Assembly: GCF_006345805.1 (NCBI RefSeq)
Contig: NC_043013.1
Location: 18,724,001-18,788,000 of the forward strand
Source: Octopus sinensis
Taxonomy: Eukaryota
Direction of reading: 5' to 3'
Length of the DNA: 64,000 nucleotides
Shown: piece by piece, positions 28,010-41,459 of the stretch
How positions within the stretch are numbered: position 1 is the first letter of the stretch
Layout of the letters: each line of letters opens with the position of its first letter
Translations under genes and position numbers: made by a program
Notes under the pieces: generated by a model
The model's database searches: none
What the model saw: the letters and a program-made list of their open reading frames with translations, nothing else
Told to the model about the DNA's origin: nothing

Positions 28010-28402
28010 TCTACTCTAGGCACAAGGCTCGAAATTTTGGGGGAGTCGGCCAGTCGATTAGATCGACCCCAGTACGCCACTGTTACTTAATCTATCAAAC
28101 CCCGAAATGATGAAATGCAAAGTCGACCTCGGCGGAATTTGAACTCAGAACGTAGTGGCAAACGAAATACCTATTTCTTTACTACCCACAAGGGGCTAAA
28201 CACAGAGGGGACAAACAAGGACAGACAAACGGATTAAATCGATTACATCAACCCCAGTGCGCAACTGGTACTTATTTAATCGTCCCCGAAATGATGAAAG
28301 CAAAGTCGAACTCGGCGGAATTTGAACTCAGAGCGTGGAGGCTGACGAAATGCCGCTAAGCATTTCGCCTGGCGTGCTAATGATTCTGCCAGCTCGCCGC
28401 CT
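28010..28402 (-). mobile_element. SINE type B, dimeric
   Basis: Minus head AGGCGGCGAGCTGGCAGAA, B box GAGTTCAAATTCC and domain CTTTGCCTTTCATCCTTTCGGGGTCGAT, present twice with two different tails. Confidence 0.9.
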
Positions 28403-29010
28403 TCAATAGATATTTATATAATAGAGCAATCTTTCACAGTGTACAAAGACACAGATTCCGTAGTGTAAGTTCAACTCATTTGAGCGCAAGTAAAAGATTT
28501 CTATACTGAACATTTCTGGATCTCATCTCTGGGCTCTCTCTATATATATATTCATATGTGTGCATATATACATACATACATACATACATATATATATATA
28601 TATATTTATATGTACATACATACATATATATATTATATGTTATATTATATATATAATATAGATATATATCTATATATATATATATATATATGTATATTTA
28701 TGTATATATATATATACATATACATACACGCAATACTTCCACTCATCAGAGATGAGGGGTGAAGTTTGTATAATTAATCGAATCCTATTTTTAAAATATG
28801 AAGGAATATAAGAAAAGGGTGAGTTTTTAATATAAATTAGAAGTTACTGGCTTTGATTTGAGTAGGCGTAGGTATCTACACTTTTGTGTGTGTGTGTATG
28901 TGTGGTGTGAGTGGTGTGTATGTGTGTGAGTGTGTGTGTATTGGAAGCAAACGCTAAACGATGATGATGATGATGTATATATATTATATAATATATGTAT
29001 AATATATATG

Positions 29011-29075
<65 letters not shown>

Positions 29076-29111
29076 GTGTATATATATATATATATGTGTA
29101 TATATATTATA

Positions 29112-29152
<41 letters not shown>

Positions 29153-29784
29153 TATTATATATATAATATATAATATATTATATATATATATGTATGTATG
29201 TATATATTATATGTTTTTGTGTGTGTGTGTATGTATGTATGTATATGTGTGCACATGTTAATTATTATTAATTAACATAGAACGTGATTCTTTGAAAGGC
29301 ACTTCCACATTGAATTATTTCTGACATAGCTTGCACACATAAATACAAATGGAAGTACGTAACTGTGTCCTTGTCTGTATGCATAGGTGTTATGTACTTA
29401 TGTATGCATGTATGTGTGTATGTATGTATGTATGTACACAGGTATATACGTGCCTGAGTGCGATTGTTTTTTGTAGGTGTTTACAGTTTCACCTGCACAC
29501 GCATATATGTGCATGTGTCTACCCGTTTACACGTGTGTATAGCACAAATGCTAAAACATATATTGCTAGAGTTTTTCTCATAGTATTCCAGTTACGCTAA
29601 AAAACATATGAATGTACATGAAGCAATCTATCTATCTATCTATCTATCTATATATATATATACAATATTTATGCATATGTATGTATTATCTCATATATGA
29701 TATATATATATATATGCAATAATAATTATGCTTATGGGTATATTATCTCATATTTATATATATGTATATATAAATATATATTTC

Positions 29785-30280
29785 TTTACTACCCACAAGA
29801 GGCTAAACGCAGAGGGGATAAACAAGGACAGACAAACGGATTAAGTCGATTACATCGACCCCAGTGCGTAGCTGGTACTTAATTTATCGACCCCGAAAGG
29901 ATGAAAGGCAAAGTCGACCTCGGCGGAACTTGAACTCAGAACGTCGCAGCAGAAGAAATACCGCTTAGTATTTCGCCTGGCGTGCTAACGCTTCTGCCAG
30001 CTCGCCGCCTTATATAAATATATAATTTATGCTTATATATATATATATATATAATTTATGTTTATGCATATCCGTGTTTTCAAATTTTGGCACGAGGCCA
30101 GCAGCTTAGTTTAAGTCGATTACGTTGACCTTACTGTTCAACTGGCACTTATTTTATGGACGTCAAAAGGATGAAAGCAAAGTCGACCTCGGTGGAATGT
30201 GAACTCAGAACATGAAGGTGGATAAAATGCTGTTACGCATGTTTTACTCGGCGTGCTAACGCTCCTGCCAGCTCACTGCT
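29785..30280 (-). mobile_element. Two SINE type B copies
   Basis: 29785-30010 is well preserved and 30080-30280 is degenerate. Both share the GGCAAAGTCGACCTCGG.GGAA..TGAACTCAGAAC core. Confidence 0.85.
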
Positions 30281-30707
30281 TTTAGTTTATGCATATATTA
30301 TCTCATACATACATACATACATACATACATACATACATACATGCATACATACATACATAAAACATAGCCGTTGCTCGCTAGTGAGTATACTATGGTGAAA
30401 ACGTATCTCGCTAATAGATTTAGTTGAGGGAGGACATAAACTCTTTCCCGGTCCACTTACCCTTGATCCAATGGAATATCAACGATATAACAGCCTAAAA
30501 ATAAGGTGGTACTCCCTTTCAGCTGAGTACATTAGAGTAATGTGATCCAAAGCGCCGTCTTGTTGGGATTCGAAACATAGATATACAAGACGACTGGTTG
30601 ACCATGGCTGGAGCGCGTTTGATCGTAGTCCAGTTTGACACATTCATATGTGTGTGTGTGTGTGTGCTTGAGTGTGTGTGTGTTTGTGTGTGTGTGTGTT
30701 TGTGTGT

Positions 30708-30752
<45 letters not shown>

Positions 30753-31139
30753 GGGTCTAAACTTTTTCGTCTGTGTTTGTTTCCATCTCACGTTACCCAT
30801 AACGTAAAGGTACGTTAATTATTATTCCCCACCAAACCCTCTGCATTTTCGCTCAAAGTGGATCCTATTTCTTACATGTCTTCCTGTGGGTGGAGTATGT
30901 CTTCAAAAACGATGTTGAACAGTCACATATCTACAATCAATTCAAACGATCCCTCATTTCCATCGCCGTCCACGCTGTACTCATTCGATTGGACTGACTC
31001 CTATTTTTACAATCAAATACTATATTTGCTACCAATTACCTAATTAATAAATACTGTTACTCATTCAGATTTTTCTCTCGACCAACTCTACCAATCACCT
31101 TCTCTCAGTGTCAAATATATTATTAAATTCAAGTTAATT

Positions 31140-31344
31140 GAAGGTGTGGCTGTGTAGTTAAGAAGGTTGCCTTGCAACCACTTCGTTTCCGGTTCGGTCC
31201 CAGTGTGGAGACCTTGAGCAAACGTTTTGTTCTATACCTCCAAGCTAACCAATGCTTTCTGAGTGACTTTATATATGAAACTGCATGGCCGCCAGTCATA
31301 TGTGTGTGTGTGTGTGTGTGTGTGTGCTTGAGTGTGTGTGTGTT

Positions 31345-31417
<73 letters not shown>

Positions 31418-31570
31418 GGGTCTAAACTTTTTCGTCTGTGTTTGTTTCCATCTCACTTTACAAATATTGTTGGTTTGTTTACATCCCTTTAACGTAGTGG
31501 TTTGACAACAGAGTTTGACAGAATAAATACAAGTACTGTCTATTTGTTTGTGGAAAGCTCTGTAAGGCGG
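31140..31570 (+). mobile_element. Degenerate SINE type A with expanded internal (TG)n
   Basis: GGTGTGGCTGTGTAGTTAAGAAGG head and CTTGAGCAAACG..TCTATACC, with the 3' body resuming after the microsatellite. Confidence 0.65.
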
Positions 31571-31725
31571 TGCATAACCTCAGTTCAATGCGGAAAAAAT
31601 GTAAAATATATAAAATATATAAAAAGTAACTAAAAGATGATTAGAATAAAAAGAAATTCAATATACATAAAACGATACTAATTGTCATATACATACATGC
31701 ATACATACATACATACATACATACA

Positions 31726-31811
<86 letters not shown>

Positions 31812-31812
<1 letters not shown>

Positions 31813-32585
31813 ACTGTGCGATGGGGAAATTGTCGCCATTTTATATTTTAAATTTCGCGCATGTGCATTGTTTGTTTTTGATTTTATCAACTACACAGTA
31901 TAATAGGGTGTGTTAGGCACCGACTGGGAGATAAACTCCACTATGACAGAATTCAGTCTGCCAGAAATTTGGAAACGACATGCTGTACTGCTTGGCATTA
32001 GCACCGGAAGCTTCAATACAAACATTTTAGAGTGTTTGGGTCTCAATCTGAGGACATGTACCGAGTGTGATAAAAATCAAATATCCAGTCAATATCATGG
32101 TGTTTGGTGTGATCACTAGTGATGGTGACGTTATACTTCCATTCATCTTCTCATACGGCCTCACATTCAACAGAGAGGCCTACATCAAGTGCCTTGAGGA
32201 AGTAGTGCTGCCTTGGGTCAAGAGCGTGGCATCTGGAAGACCCTATATCTGGAGAACCCAGTCATGGCTGTCAGACAATTTCTGCGACTTCATCACTCCC
32301 AACATCTGTCCACCTAACTCACCAGACTGCAAACCCCTTGGTTATTATGTGTCGAGCGAGAGACTAACAAAACTCCTTATAACACCAAAGATGAGCTGAA
32401 GGCAAAAACTATGGCAGCATTCACCTACTTAAACAAGGAGACCGTCCAGAAGAGTTGCAGGGAGATTCCGAAGTCGTCTTTAGACCAATGGCATTTTATT
32501 GAATAAAATTACTCTTTAGTATTTCAGGATGTTGTATGAAAGTTTGGTAAATATACGTGTTAAAATGAAATGCCAGTGTTTATAT
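31812..32585 (+). mobile_element. Second internally deleted DD37D (maT) transposon copy
   Basis: Colinear with 23785-24640. N-terminal MTEFSLPEIWKRHAVLLGIS is joined to KIKYPVNIMVFGVITSDG...PPNSPDCKPL. It additionally lacks the QQDSAP segment. Confidence 0.85.
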
Positions 32586-32746
32586 ATATATATAACCAAA
32601 ATAAGCAACAAGGATATCCAAAGGTAATGCAGTACCATGCGACTCCATTTAATTGAACAATGCAAATATTACATCAGTTTTAAAATGTAGAGCAATCTTC
32701 AGCTGCATAGAAATATACAATTTGAAGAATTCATTTGTAGTTATTC

Positions 32747-32790
<44 letters not shown>

Positions 32791-32944
32791 GTATGTATGT
32801 GTATGTATGTGTGTGTGTGTGTGTAAGCGTATGTGTGTGTGTGCCTGTGTGTATTAATTTAAAACTATTTTGAAGTAGGAAAATACGTATGTATTTGATT
32901 GAACATGCCCGGCAACTTTTGAATGCAAGGGTGGTGGCATAATT

Positions 32945-33392
32945 AAGCCTTTCTACTCAACGCACAATCCTGAATTTTTGGGAGGGAATTAGTCAATTAG
33001 ATTGCTCCCAGTATGCAACTGGTACTTAATTTATTGACCCCGAAAGGATGTAAGGCAAAGTCGACCTCGGTGGAATTTGAACTCAGAACGTAGCGACATA
33101 CGATATGCTGCTTAGCATTTCTCCCAGCGTGCTAACGATTTTGCTAGGTCGATGCCTTAAGATGGTGGCATAATTAATCCTTTATACTCTTGGCACAAAA
33201 TCTGAAATTTTGGGGAAAAGATTAAGTCGTTTAGATCGAACCCAGTGCGTAATTGGTACTTAATTTATCGACCCCGAAAGGATGAAAGGCAAAATCGACC
33301 TCGGCGGAATTTGAACTCAGAACGTAACGGCAGACGAAATACCGCTAAGCATTTCGCCAAGCGTGCTAACGTTTCTGCCAGCTCGCCGCCTT
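32945..33392 (-). mobile_element. Two adjacent SINE type B monomers
   Basis: Each runs from the CTTT.TACTC..GGCACAA tail to the GCCAGCTCGCCGCCTT-like head. Confidence 0.85.
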
Positions 33393-33509
33393 GAGGTAGT
33401 GACATTATGAATGCGAATTTTTTTATAACAGTTGCACTCACAATGTTTCTGTATGTATGTATGTATGTATGTATGTATGTATGTATGTATGTATGTGTGT
33501 GTGTGTGTG

Positions 33510-33580
<71 letters not shown>

Positions 33581-33583
33581 GAT

Positions 33584-33629
<46 letters not shown>

Positions 33630-33746
33630 CATACATACATATATGTATATACGTCAATATTTTGGCTGTATGAATCAAGAAATGTAATTAAGCATGCATA
33701 TTTGGATTTTAGATGGATGTATGCATGCATACACATATGTAGAAAC

Positions 33747-33990
33747 ATGTGGCTTAGTGGTTAGAGTGTTGCACTCATGATCATAAGACCATGGTTTCGA
33801 TAGCTGGAGTGGGCGATGTGTTGTGTTCTTCAGCGAAGCACTTCATTTCGCGTTGCTCCAGTCCATTCCGATGGCAAACGAGCAAACTTGCGATGATATG
33901 GTATTCCGTCCAGAGCAGTGATGGAATATATACGAAAAAAGCGGCCTTATGAGACTATGGTACGAGAAGGACCTTTGATCCTTTGACATA
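33747..33990 (+). mobile_element. tRNA-derived SINE, type C-like tail
   Basis: TGTGGCTTAGTGGTTAGAG head. The 3' GGCCTTATGAG...TACGAGAAGG resembles the type C tail. Confidence 0.6.
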
Positions 33991-34400
33991 CATACAGACA
34001 TACACACAGACAGACATACGGAAAAGACTGAGCTCAAGTGGGAAAATCTTTATAGAACATGGATAGACTTTACTTTCAGGAATTTAGTATCCAGGGTTAT
34101 GCAAAGCAGAAACGAAAGAGTTGTGGGTGTGCGTATAGTTTGTATATATATACATACACAGGCATACATGTTTGGACATTTATATGTGTGTTTATATACA
34201 GAGATGTACATATATATATTGCATACACACATATGAATATATAACAATATATGCATAACACATACATAATCTCATATATGCACATACACAAACATGCACA
34301 CTTGGCAGAACAAACAAGAGATATAGAACTCAATATATAAATATATAGACTTGCTTTATGTGTGTGTATATACATATATATATATATATATTATATATAT

Positions 34401-35981
34401 ATATAAGAATGAATGTTTTTATATATAATGAACGTGAAATACAGGAAGGGACGAACACGGAACACAGACAAATCATTCGAAGCCTTCAATCTTCAGTCAG
34501 ACACCGAATCATCATAGCAAATTTCGGCTGTTCAATTCTGATATTTGCTCCAACTCGGCCAGCCCCAAGAAAAAAAACTAAGCTGTAAGCATTAGATTTC
34601 TTGGTAGAAGACAGGAATGTGAACGCACAAGACGGATGTAAATACAAGAGACGAAAACGAAATTGAAAACAGTAATGAATAAACAAAATATATATAACGG
34701 TGGTTGTCATACGACTTTAGACCAAATGAGACAAAAACAACAACAACATAGCTGGCGTAGAAATAATTACCGTTTCGGTAGCGGGGACACATGTTGGTCG
34801 AGATACGAAGGCCAACAGAATGGTTTAAGAAGCAGCAGGTCGCAGGAGAGAGAGAAAGAGAGACAGAGAGAGAGGGAATCAAGAGGGTGGAAGGCAGGGG
34901 ACAGAATCAGTGACCAAGAGAAAAGGAGCAAGAAGGGATTAAGGAGGATGGGAGGAAGAGGGGAGGAGGATGGGAGGAAGAGAGGGGAAGAATCGGAGGG
35001 CGCGAAAAAGTTTGGTGAAGAAGCAATGGCGGGTAGGAAAGACAGTGTGTATAGAAGTCGTGCAGGGTTTAAAATTGGACAAACAAACGGGGGGGGGGGT
35101 GCACGTAACGCCGCAATAATATAAGAATGAATGTTTTTATATATAATGAACGTGAAATACAGGAAGGGACGAACACGGAACACAGACAAATCATTCGAAG
35201 CCTTCAATCTTCAGTCAGACACCGAATCATCATAGCAAATTTCGGCTGTTCAATTCTGATATTTGCTCCAACTCGGCCAGCCCCAAGAAAAAAAACTAAG
35301 CTGTAAGCATTAGATTTCTTGGTAGAAGACAGGAATGTGAACGCACAAGACGGATGTAAATACAAGAGACGAAAACGAAATTGAAAACAGTAATGAATAA
35401 ACAAAATATATATAACGGTGGTTGTCATACGACTTTAGACCAAATGAGACAAAAACAACAACAACATAGCTGGCGTAGAAATAATTACCGTTTCGGTAGC
35501 GGGGACACATGTTGGTCGAGATACGAAGGCCAACAGAATGGTTTAAGAAGCAGCAGGTCGCAGGAGAGAGAGAAAGAGAGACAGAGAGAGAGGGAATCAA
35601 AGAGGGTGGAAGGCAGGGGACAGAATCAGTGACCAAGAGAAAAGGAGCAAGAAGGGATTAAGGAGGATGGGAGGAAGAGGGGAGGAGGATGGGAGGAAGA
35701 GAGGGGAAGAATCGGAGGGCGCGAAAAAGTTTGGTGAAGAAGCAATGGCGGGTAGGAAAGACAGTGTGTATAGAAGTCGTGCAGGGTTTAAAATTGGACA
35801 AACAAACGGGGGGTGGGGTGCACGTAACGCCGCAATAATATAAGAATGAATGTTTTTATATATAATGAACGTGAAATACAGGAAGGGACGAACACGGAAC
35901 ACAGACAAATCATTCGAAGCCTTCAATCTTCAGTCAGACACCGAATCATCATAGCAAATTTCGGCTGTTCAATTCTGATAT
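34401..35981. repeat. Near-perfect tandem: 718/719-bp unit x2 plus a 144-bp third start (R-U-R-U-R)
   Basis: ATATAAGAATGAATG starts at 34401, 35119 and 35838. I see only two differences between the full units: one A indel and one G>T in a G run. Confidence 0.95.
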
Positions 35982-36138
35982 ACGCACACATACACACACA
36001 TTAATTGACAGAGAGTTTCATATACGTCTCAGTGGTCAAGATTTTCTTTCATGTCACTTACCAAGCTTTGATAAGTTTTATAAGCTCCATCGACGAAAGC
36101 CTTCAACCGTTAATCCACCCTCGCTATGTGTATGTGTG

Positions 36139-36182
<44 letters not shown>

Positions 36183-37119
36183 ATATGATATTATATTCAC
36201 TAGAAACTGATACTGAATTATATACAATTCATTCTAAATAATATTACTATTTATCAGTCTATATTGCAGAGAAACCATTGTTATTCAACAAGTTTTTATA
36301 TAATTATAACGGTCAAGCTACATCCGTGTTTATTTAAACGGGCACTTTATTTATTTATAAGCATATTTACAAACACAGTGTATCAGTAATTAATTCGCTA
36401 AATATCATCTCGCGGTTTAGAAAAAGAAGTAAATGATGTTTTTGATGAATTTAAATCACTAAAATGTATTTCAAAATGTCAAAATTTATGAAAATTTTAT
36501 TGTTAAAAATCTCCAAATATTGTGAAGTGTCCAAAGAAACAACAACGTAATTTTTTTATGGACAAAATATCGATTTATTACTTTGGCTAAATGTCAAAAA
36601 TTTATAATGCTACCGTGTAATCTTTGAGTGGAGGCCATGAAATGACACCCGGTTGAACAACGTGACCGTGGAATGCTTGTACCGGAATACTGTCTTTTGT
36701 GAAGTATTCGAGTATTCGAGTCAGATCATAGGCCAGAGTTCAGTTCCTGCCACCAATCACAATGTCCCTGAAATGGCTCATGGTCGTCATCTACCTCCTT
36801 GCCACAACGTCTTCCAAAGGCCCCCAATTGTATCGAATCTCTGTAATTTACCGATATTCTATGTCTCGATAAAGGAACGAAAGAAAAGCAAATCTGACAT
36901 CCTGTGTATTTGAAATCGTATCGTTTCTGTTACTCCACTGTTGTACAAATATATTGACTCCTTGAGTCTTCTATATGTCACTGTATCTGCTAGAAATGCC
37001 AACCAAATCTCTCTGAAATGCCTCCATATTGTGGACATGGATAATAAAATTATTGCGTATAGGAAGGATTTTATGTTTGGTGTGGATTAACTTCGAGATA
37101 AACAACAGATATAATTCAT

Positions 37120-37750
37120 TCTTTCAAATTTTGGCACAAGGCCAGAAATTTCGGATGAGGATTAAGTCGATTACGTAGATCCCAGTGTTCAGGTGGAGCT
37201 TATTTAATCGACCCCCAAAAGATGAAAGGCTAAGTTTGAACTTAGAACACAGATGCGGAAGAAATGCTCCTACGCATTTCGCTAGGCGCGCTAACGTTTC
37301 TGCCATCTCACTGCCTTAACAGCAGATAAAATATTTGTTTTAGATTTTTGCACAAAGCCAGCAAGTTCGGGGGACGGGGCAAGTCGTTTACATTGACGCC
37401 AGTACTTTAATACTTATTTTATCGACCCCGGAAGAGGTCGACTCCGGCAGAATTTGAACTCACAGCGCAAAGACGGACGAAATGGCGCTAAGCATTTTGT
37501 CCGGCGTGCTAACAATTCTGCCAGCTTACCACCTTAACAAGAGATAAAATATTGTTAACCAACACAAGAACAAGACCATAAGAGCGGGAGCTTGCAATGA
37601 TATCGATCCCAGTACATCACTGGAATTGTAAATCATCAACTGGAGATAAATGAAATACAAAGTGGACTTCGGCAAAATTCGAACTCGGGTTGTTAAGAGG
37701 AGTAACTAAATATTTGGCCCGACGCTCTAAAGATTCAGCTAAATCCCTGT
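37120..37750 (-). mobile_element. Cluster of two to three SINE type B copies
   Basis: Repeated TTTGGCACAAGGCCAG...ATCGACCCC...GAATTTGAACTC...GTGCTAAC blocks. Confidence 0.8.
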
Positions 37751-40197
37751 CTATCATTGGTCGGTGTGAACAGGATTCAAACATGTTCTACAGCATCTCA
37801 TGGGAGTGAGAGTCTAATCCAGTGACTTACCCACTCGGCTAAACCAGCTATGTAAAGACAAACTAACTAATGAAAGATTGCTATTTATCAACACAAATAT
37901 TCTTCAAAATAAATTTTAATAAACATATAATAGAATGAAATGAAAAAGAGAAAACACAGAAAAGATTTTAAAACAAAAAGTTATTCATAATAATTTATGC
38001 TCGATTTGAAAAAAAACGTCTTTGTTCGATTTTAAGTGATTTTAAAATGTTAAGTGATTTCATTAAAATCAACAGACATAACATGAAAACCATAGAGCTT
38101 GGAGCAGAAAAACATTGTCATCGTTCTTGTATTACCATAATGGTGTAATCATTGCACTATCTACACGGTATGATAGAAATAGTAGCTAAATCACTTGCAA
38201 ATCATTATAATTATCTAATATTTAAAGGAAGAGGCATTAGCTAATTTACTACATGATGCAATATATCTGAAAATAAGAAAATAACATGGGGTGCCCACGA
38301 CTTGAACATTTTTGTTCATATGTGTATGGAGTTGAAGCTGAGGTAAAACTGGGGAAAAATGTCAACAGCTGGATAAAGTGTATTCAAGTTATATGTTATT
38401 ATATTCCACTGGATATATATGAGATATACGTTTCTATGTATGTGTATTAACCGAAAAGGACTGAATACACATAAGAAAAATTTGACACTGACTTCGAACT
38501 TTCGATGAAGACTAGCTTCCAAAGCGAAACTTTCAATTCACTGTCAACTAAATCATGTTGCTGTTAGTGACATATTAGTCGGCGATGCTAACTACTATCA
38601 CGACATTTATGAAAGTCACTAACAGCACCGATGTAGACATCGCCATCACCAACTAGTACCACAACATTTAATACCATCGAAAACCACCAGCACCGAACCA
38701 AAACGGGCTCACTGCCCATCCTGTTATCCAAATGATAAGATCTACGTCGACATACGCTTCTTTGATCGTAACCTTCAGAAAATCGGCATTTACGTTAGCA
38801 ATATGTGTCTGAATTCCAGTACTCCTCAGTCTCTAAAGTAGCAGTTTGGGTTTTTGTGCCAAGTGCACCAATTACCTCGTCTTTCTTTTTGAGCTCCAAC
38901 GATGCCGAAGTTGACTTTGCCTTTTATTATTTCGGGGCTGATGAAATAAGTACCAGTTGGACAACACGGGTCAATGCGATCGACTAGCACCCTCCCGCCA
39001 AACTTTAAGCCTTGTGGTAATAGTAGAAAGAATTATTATTATTAATGTAACGAGCTGGCAAAATCGTTACCGGTTTGGACAGAATACTTAGCGGTCTTCT
39101 TTTCTGTTCTTTACGTTTCGAGCTCAGATTCTACCGAGGACGACTTTGCATGAACAATTCTACAGAAAAAATGCGGTGAGAATGTATGCATAGAATCATA
39201 AATTCTGACAGTCGCAGATATCATAGCCTATCTTCTGAGAAATGAGAACAACAGAACTCTTTTAGTTGACTACACAGAGAAGGAAGGGTATCAATGGAGG
39301 TCCTTGTTCAGGAATCCTGACTTTGATGGGAAGAGAAGTCATCTTCAAACCGGAACTGATTTGCAACAGTGTGAACATTAATAAAATAAACCCATTTCCG
39401 GGGCCAGATGAGGTATTTTAATTGGGTAATTGTTTAGTTCCACCATCAAAGCACAAAGACGCCTACCCTCCAGAAATTCTACACAGATTCCGTCTACAAA
39501 ATTTCGGCCATATTGTTACAGTTAAACTAGGATTTTGGCAGAATACTCATGTTTGAGGTGCCACGTAATGAAATCAAACCTGGAACACTATAATTGGCGA
39601 AAACGAACATCTTAATTGATAACCAAGCGTGAACCCGTAGTTGGAGACCTCTTTACAATGGCGAGCTCATTAAGGCTGAAATAGTTTTGATTATAGCTTC
39701 TCTTCCACTAAGGATGACTTAATGATAAGCCGCTGCCGCTACCACCCCACGTCCACAGCCATGTCTTCTACTACTACTACCACTACTACTACTACTACAC
39801 TACTACTACTACTACTACTACAACATATACTACTACTACTACTATTACTACTACTACCACCACCACCACCACCACCACCACCACCATCACAACAACAAAA
39901 AAGTGAAACTGAAGAGTCGAAATATTTATCTACCTTTAATTCGCTGCCTTCACGTAAATTGTTTGAAATTAATCTTGCGTTGGAACTTGGTAGTCCTTAA
40001 GTAAACTGATGAAGATTTTGTCTGCGATGAAAAACCCAGTCCTTGTGCTTTTACCATTTCCTCCGTTCCTCGTATATTTCCTAGTCACAGTTTTGGAAAA
40101 TAACCCGGTCCATTATTCACCAACGCTAGCACTGCCATATCATTAATATGTCGTCATACCTGATTCTTACGGAAAGTAATTTTCATTGATGTCACAA

Positions 40198-40508
40198 GTA
40201 GATCTCGTATACTTCATTCAACAGAAGGAAAAATCTCATACACGCCATTCAGTACTTGAGTAGATCTCTTGTACTGCACTCTCATATCCTTCAGTCAATA
40301 CAAGAGATCTCGTACACTCCACTCAGTACTTGAGTAAATCTCAATGCAAGAGTATCTCTCATGTGCTCCATTCAATATAAGAGCGCATCTCGCCTACTCC
40401 ATTTAATACAAGAGTATGTCTCATGTACTCCAATCAGTATTTAAGTAGATCGCACGTACCCTCACACAATATTTGAAATCTCATATACCTCATTCAATAC
40501 CAGAGTAG
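40198..40508. repeat. Degenerate ~30-31-bp minisatellite
   Basis: Approximate consensus AGATCTCATGTACTCCATTCA(G/A)TAC(TT/AA)GAGT, about 10 decayed units. Confidence 0.7.
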
Positions 40509-41459
40509 GTGTTGACATTGATCGGCTTCGCGGAATTTCAAATGAGAACCTAATCTGCCAGAAGAAAATGCTAAGCATTTTGTTCGACGCGCTAACGATT
40601 CTGCCAGTTTGCCTCCTTTGATTTTAAATTCTAGCTCAATGCCAGCAATTTTAGGGGTTGGTGTTAGTAGATTACATCAACCCCATTACTTGCCTGTTAC
40701 TTATTTTATAGACCGCTCCTAAGGATAAAAAGCGAAGTTAACCTTGGCGGGATTTGAAATAGGAGCATGAAGAGTGGAAACGAATACCGCAAGGCATTTT
40801 TTCCGATGCCATAATGGTTCTTCCAGTTCGTCTCTTTTGTTTCTGATTAAGGCATCTGGCCAAAAAGTTGGCGGAGGGGAAGTATCGATTATCTCGACTT
40901 CAGTTTTTAACTGGTACTGTATTTTATCGATCCCCGGAAGAGATTAAAGGCACATTTGATTAGAGCGGTGTTTACACTCTATTTATAAGGCCGCCCTACA
41001 CTTTATCGATTTAGCAAATCCAGCGAATAAAAGTAATTATAATTTTCCAGTATAAAAAAGCATATCACTGTTTATTTGTTCACTAATAAAGTTAATAGCA
41101 GTAGCCTCATTACATTCAATTAACAAGTAAACTGAAGTGAATCGCTAACTGCATTCATTAACAAAGTAGTGAACCGCTAATTGCATTCATTAACACGACT
41201 GTAACTAATATCTGCTACTTAACACTTTAGATAAACAGTTGCTTTGTATTCTGATATCAACAATTCTGCGTTATCAAAATGATGAGAGCCAATTTATTTA
41301 AAAAAAAAGAGAAGGACTAGAATATTTCAGGAGTTATTTGTTCCGGGGGTTATAGAACGTTCTTCCCGGTACATGACTGATACTTTTTTTATCAATCAGG
41401 GAATGATGAAAAATGCAAAGCCGATCTTGGTAGAATGTAAAAAAGGATGATAAATAACA

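Noticed and set aside
28735-28760. CUGAUGAG on minus (also CUGACGA at about 51645 and CUGAUGA at about 57112)
   Set aside because: No helix II followed by GAAA, so these are chance core half-matches.
34471-34503. Hammerhead call inside the 144-bp R repeat
   Set aside because: GAAA is GAAU, position 7 has two bases, and helix I cannot be paired. It is kept only as a loose resemblance in the finding.
36620-37080. Unique, coding-looking stretch on minus
   Set aside because: All frames are interrupted by stops and I recognise no family. BLASTX would be needed.
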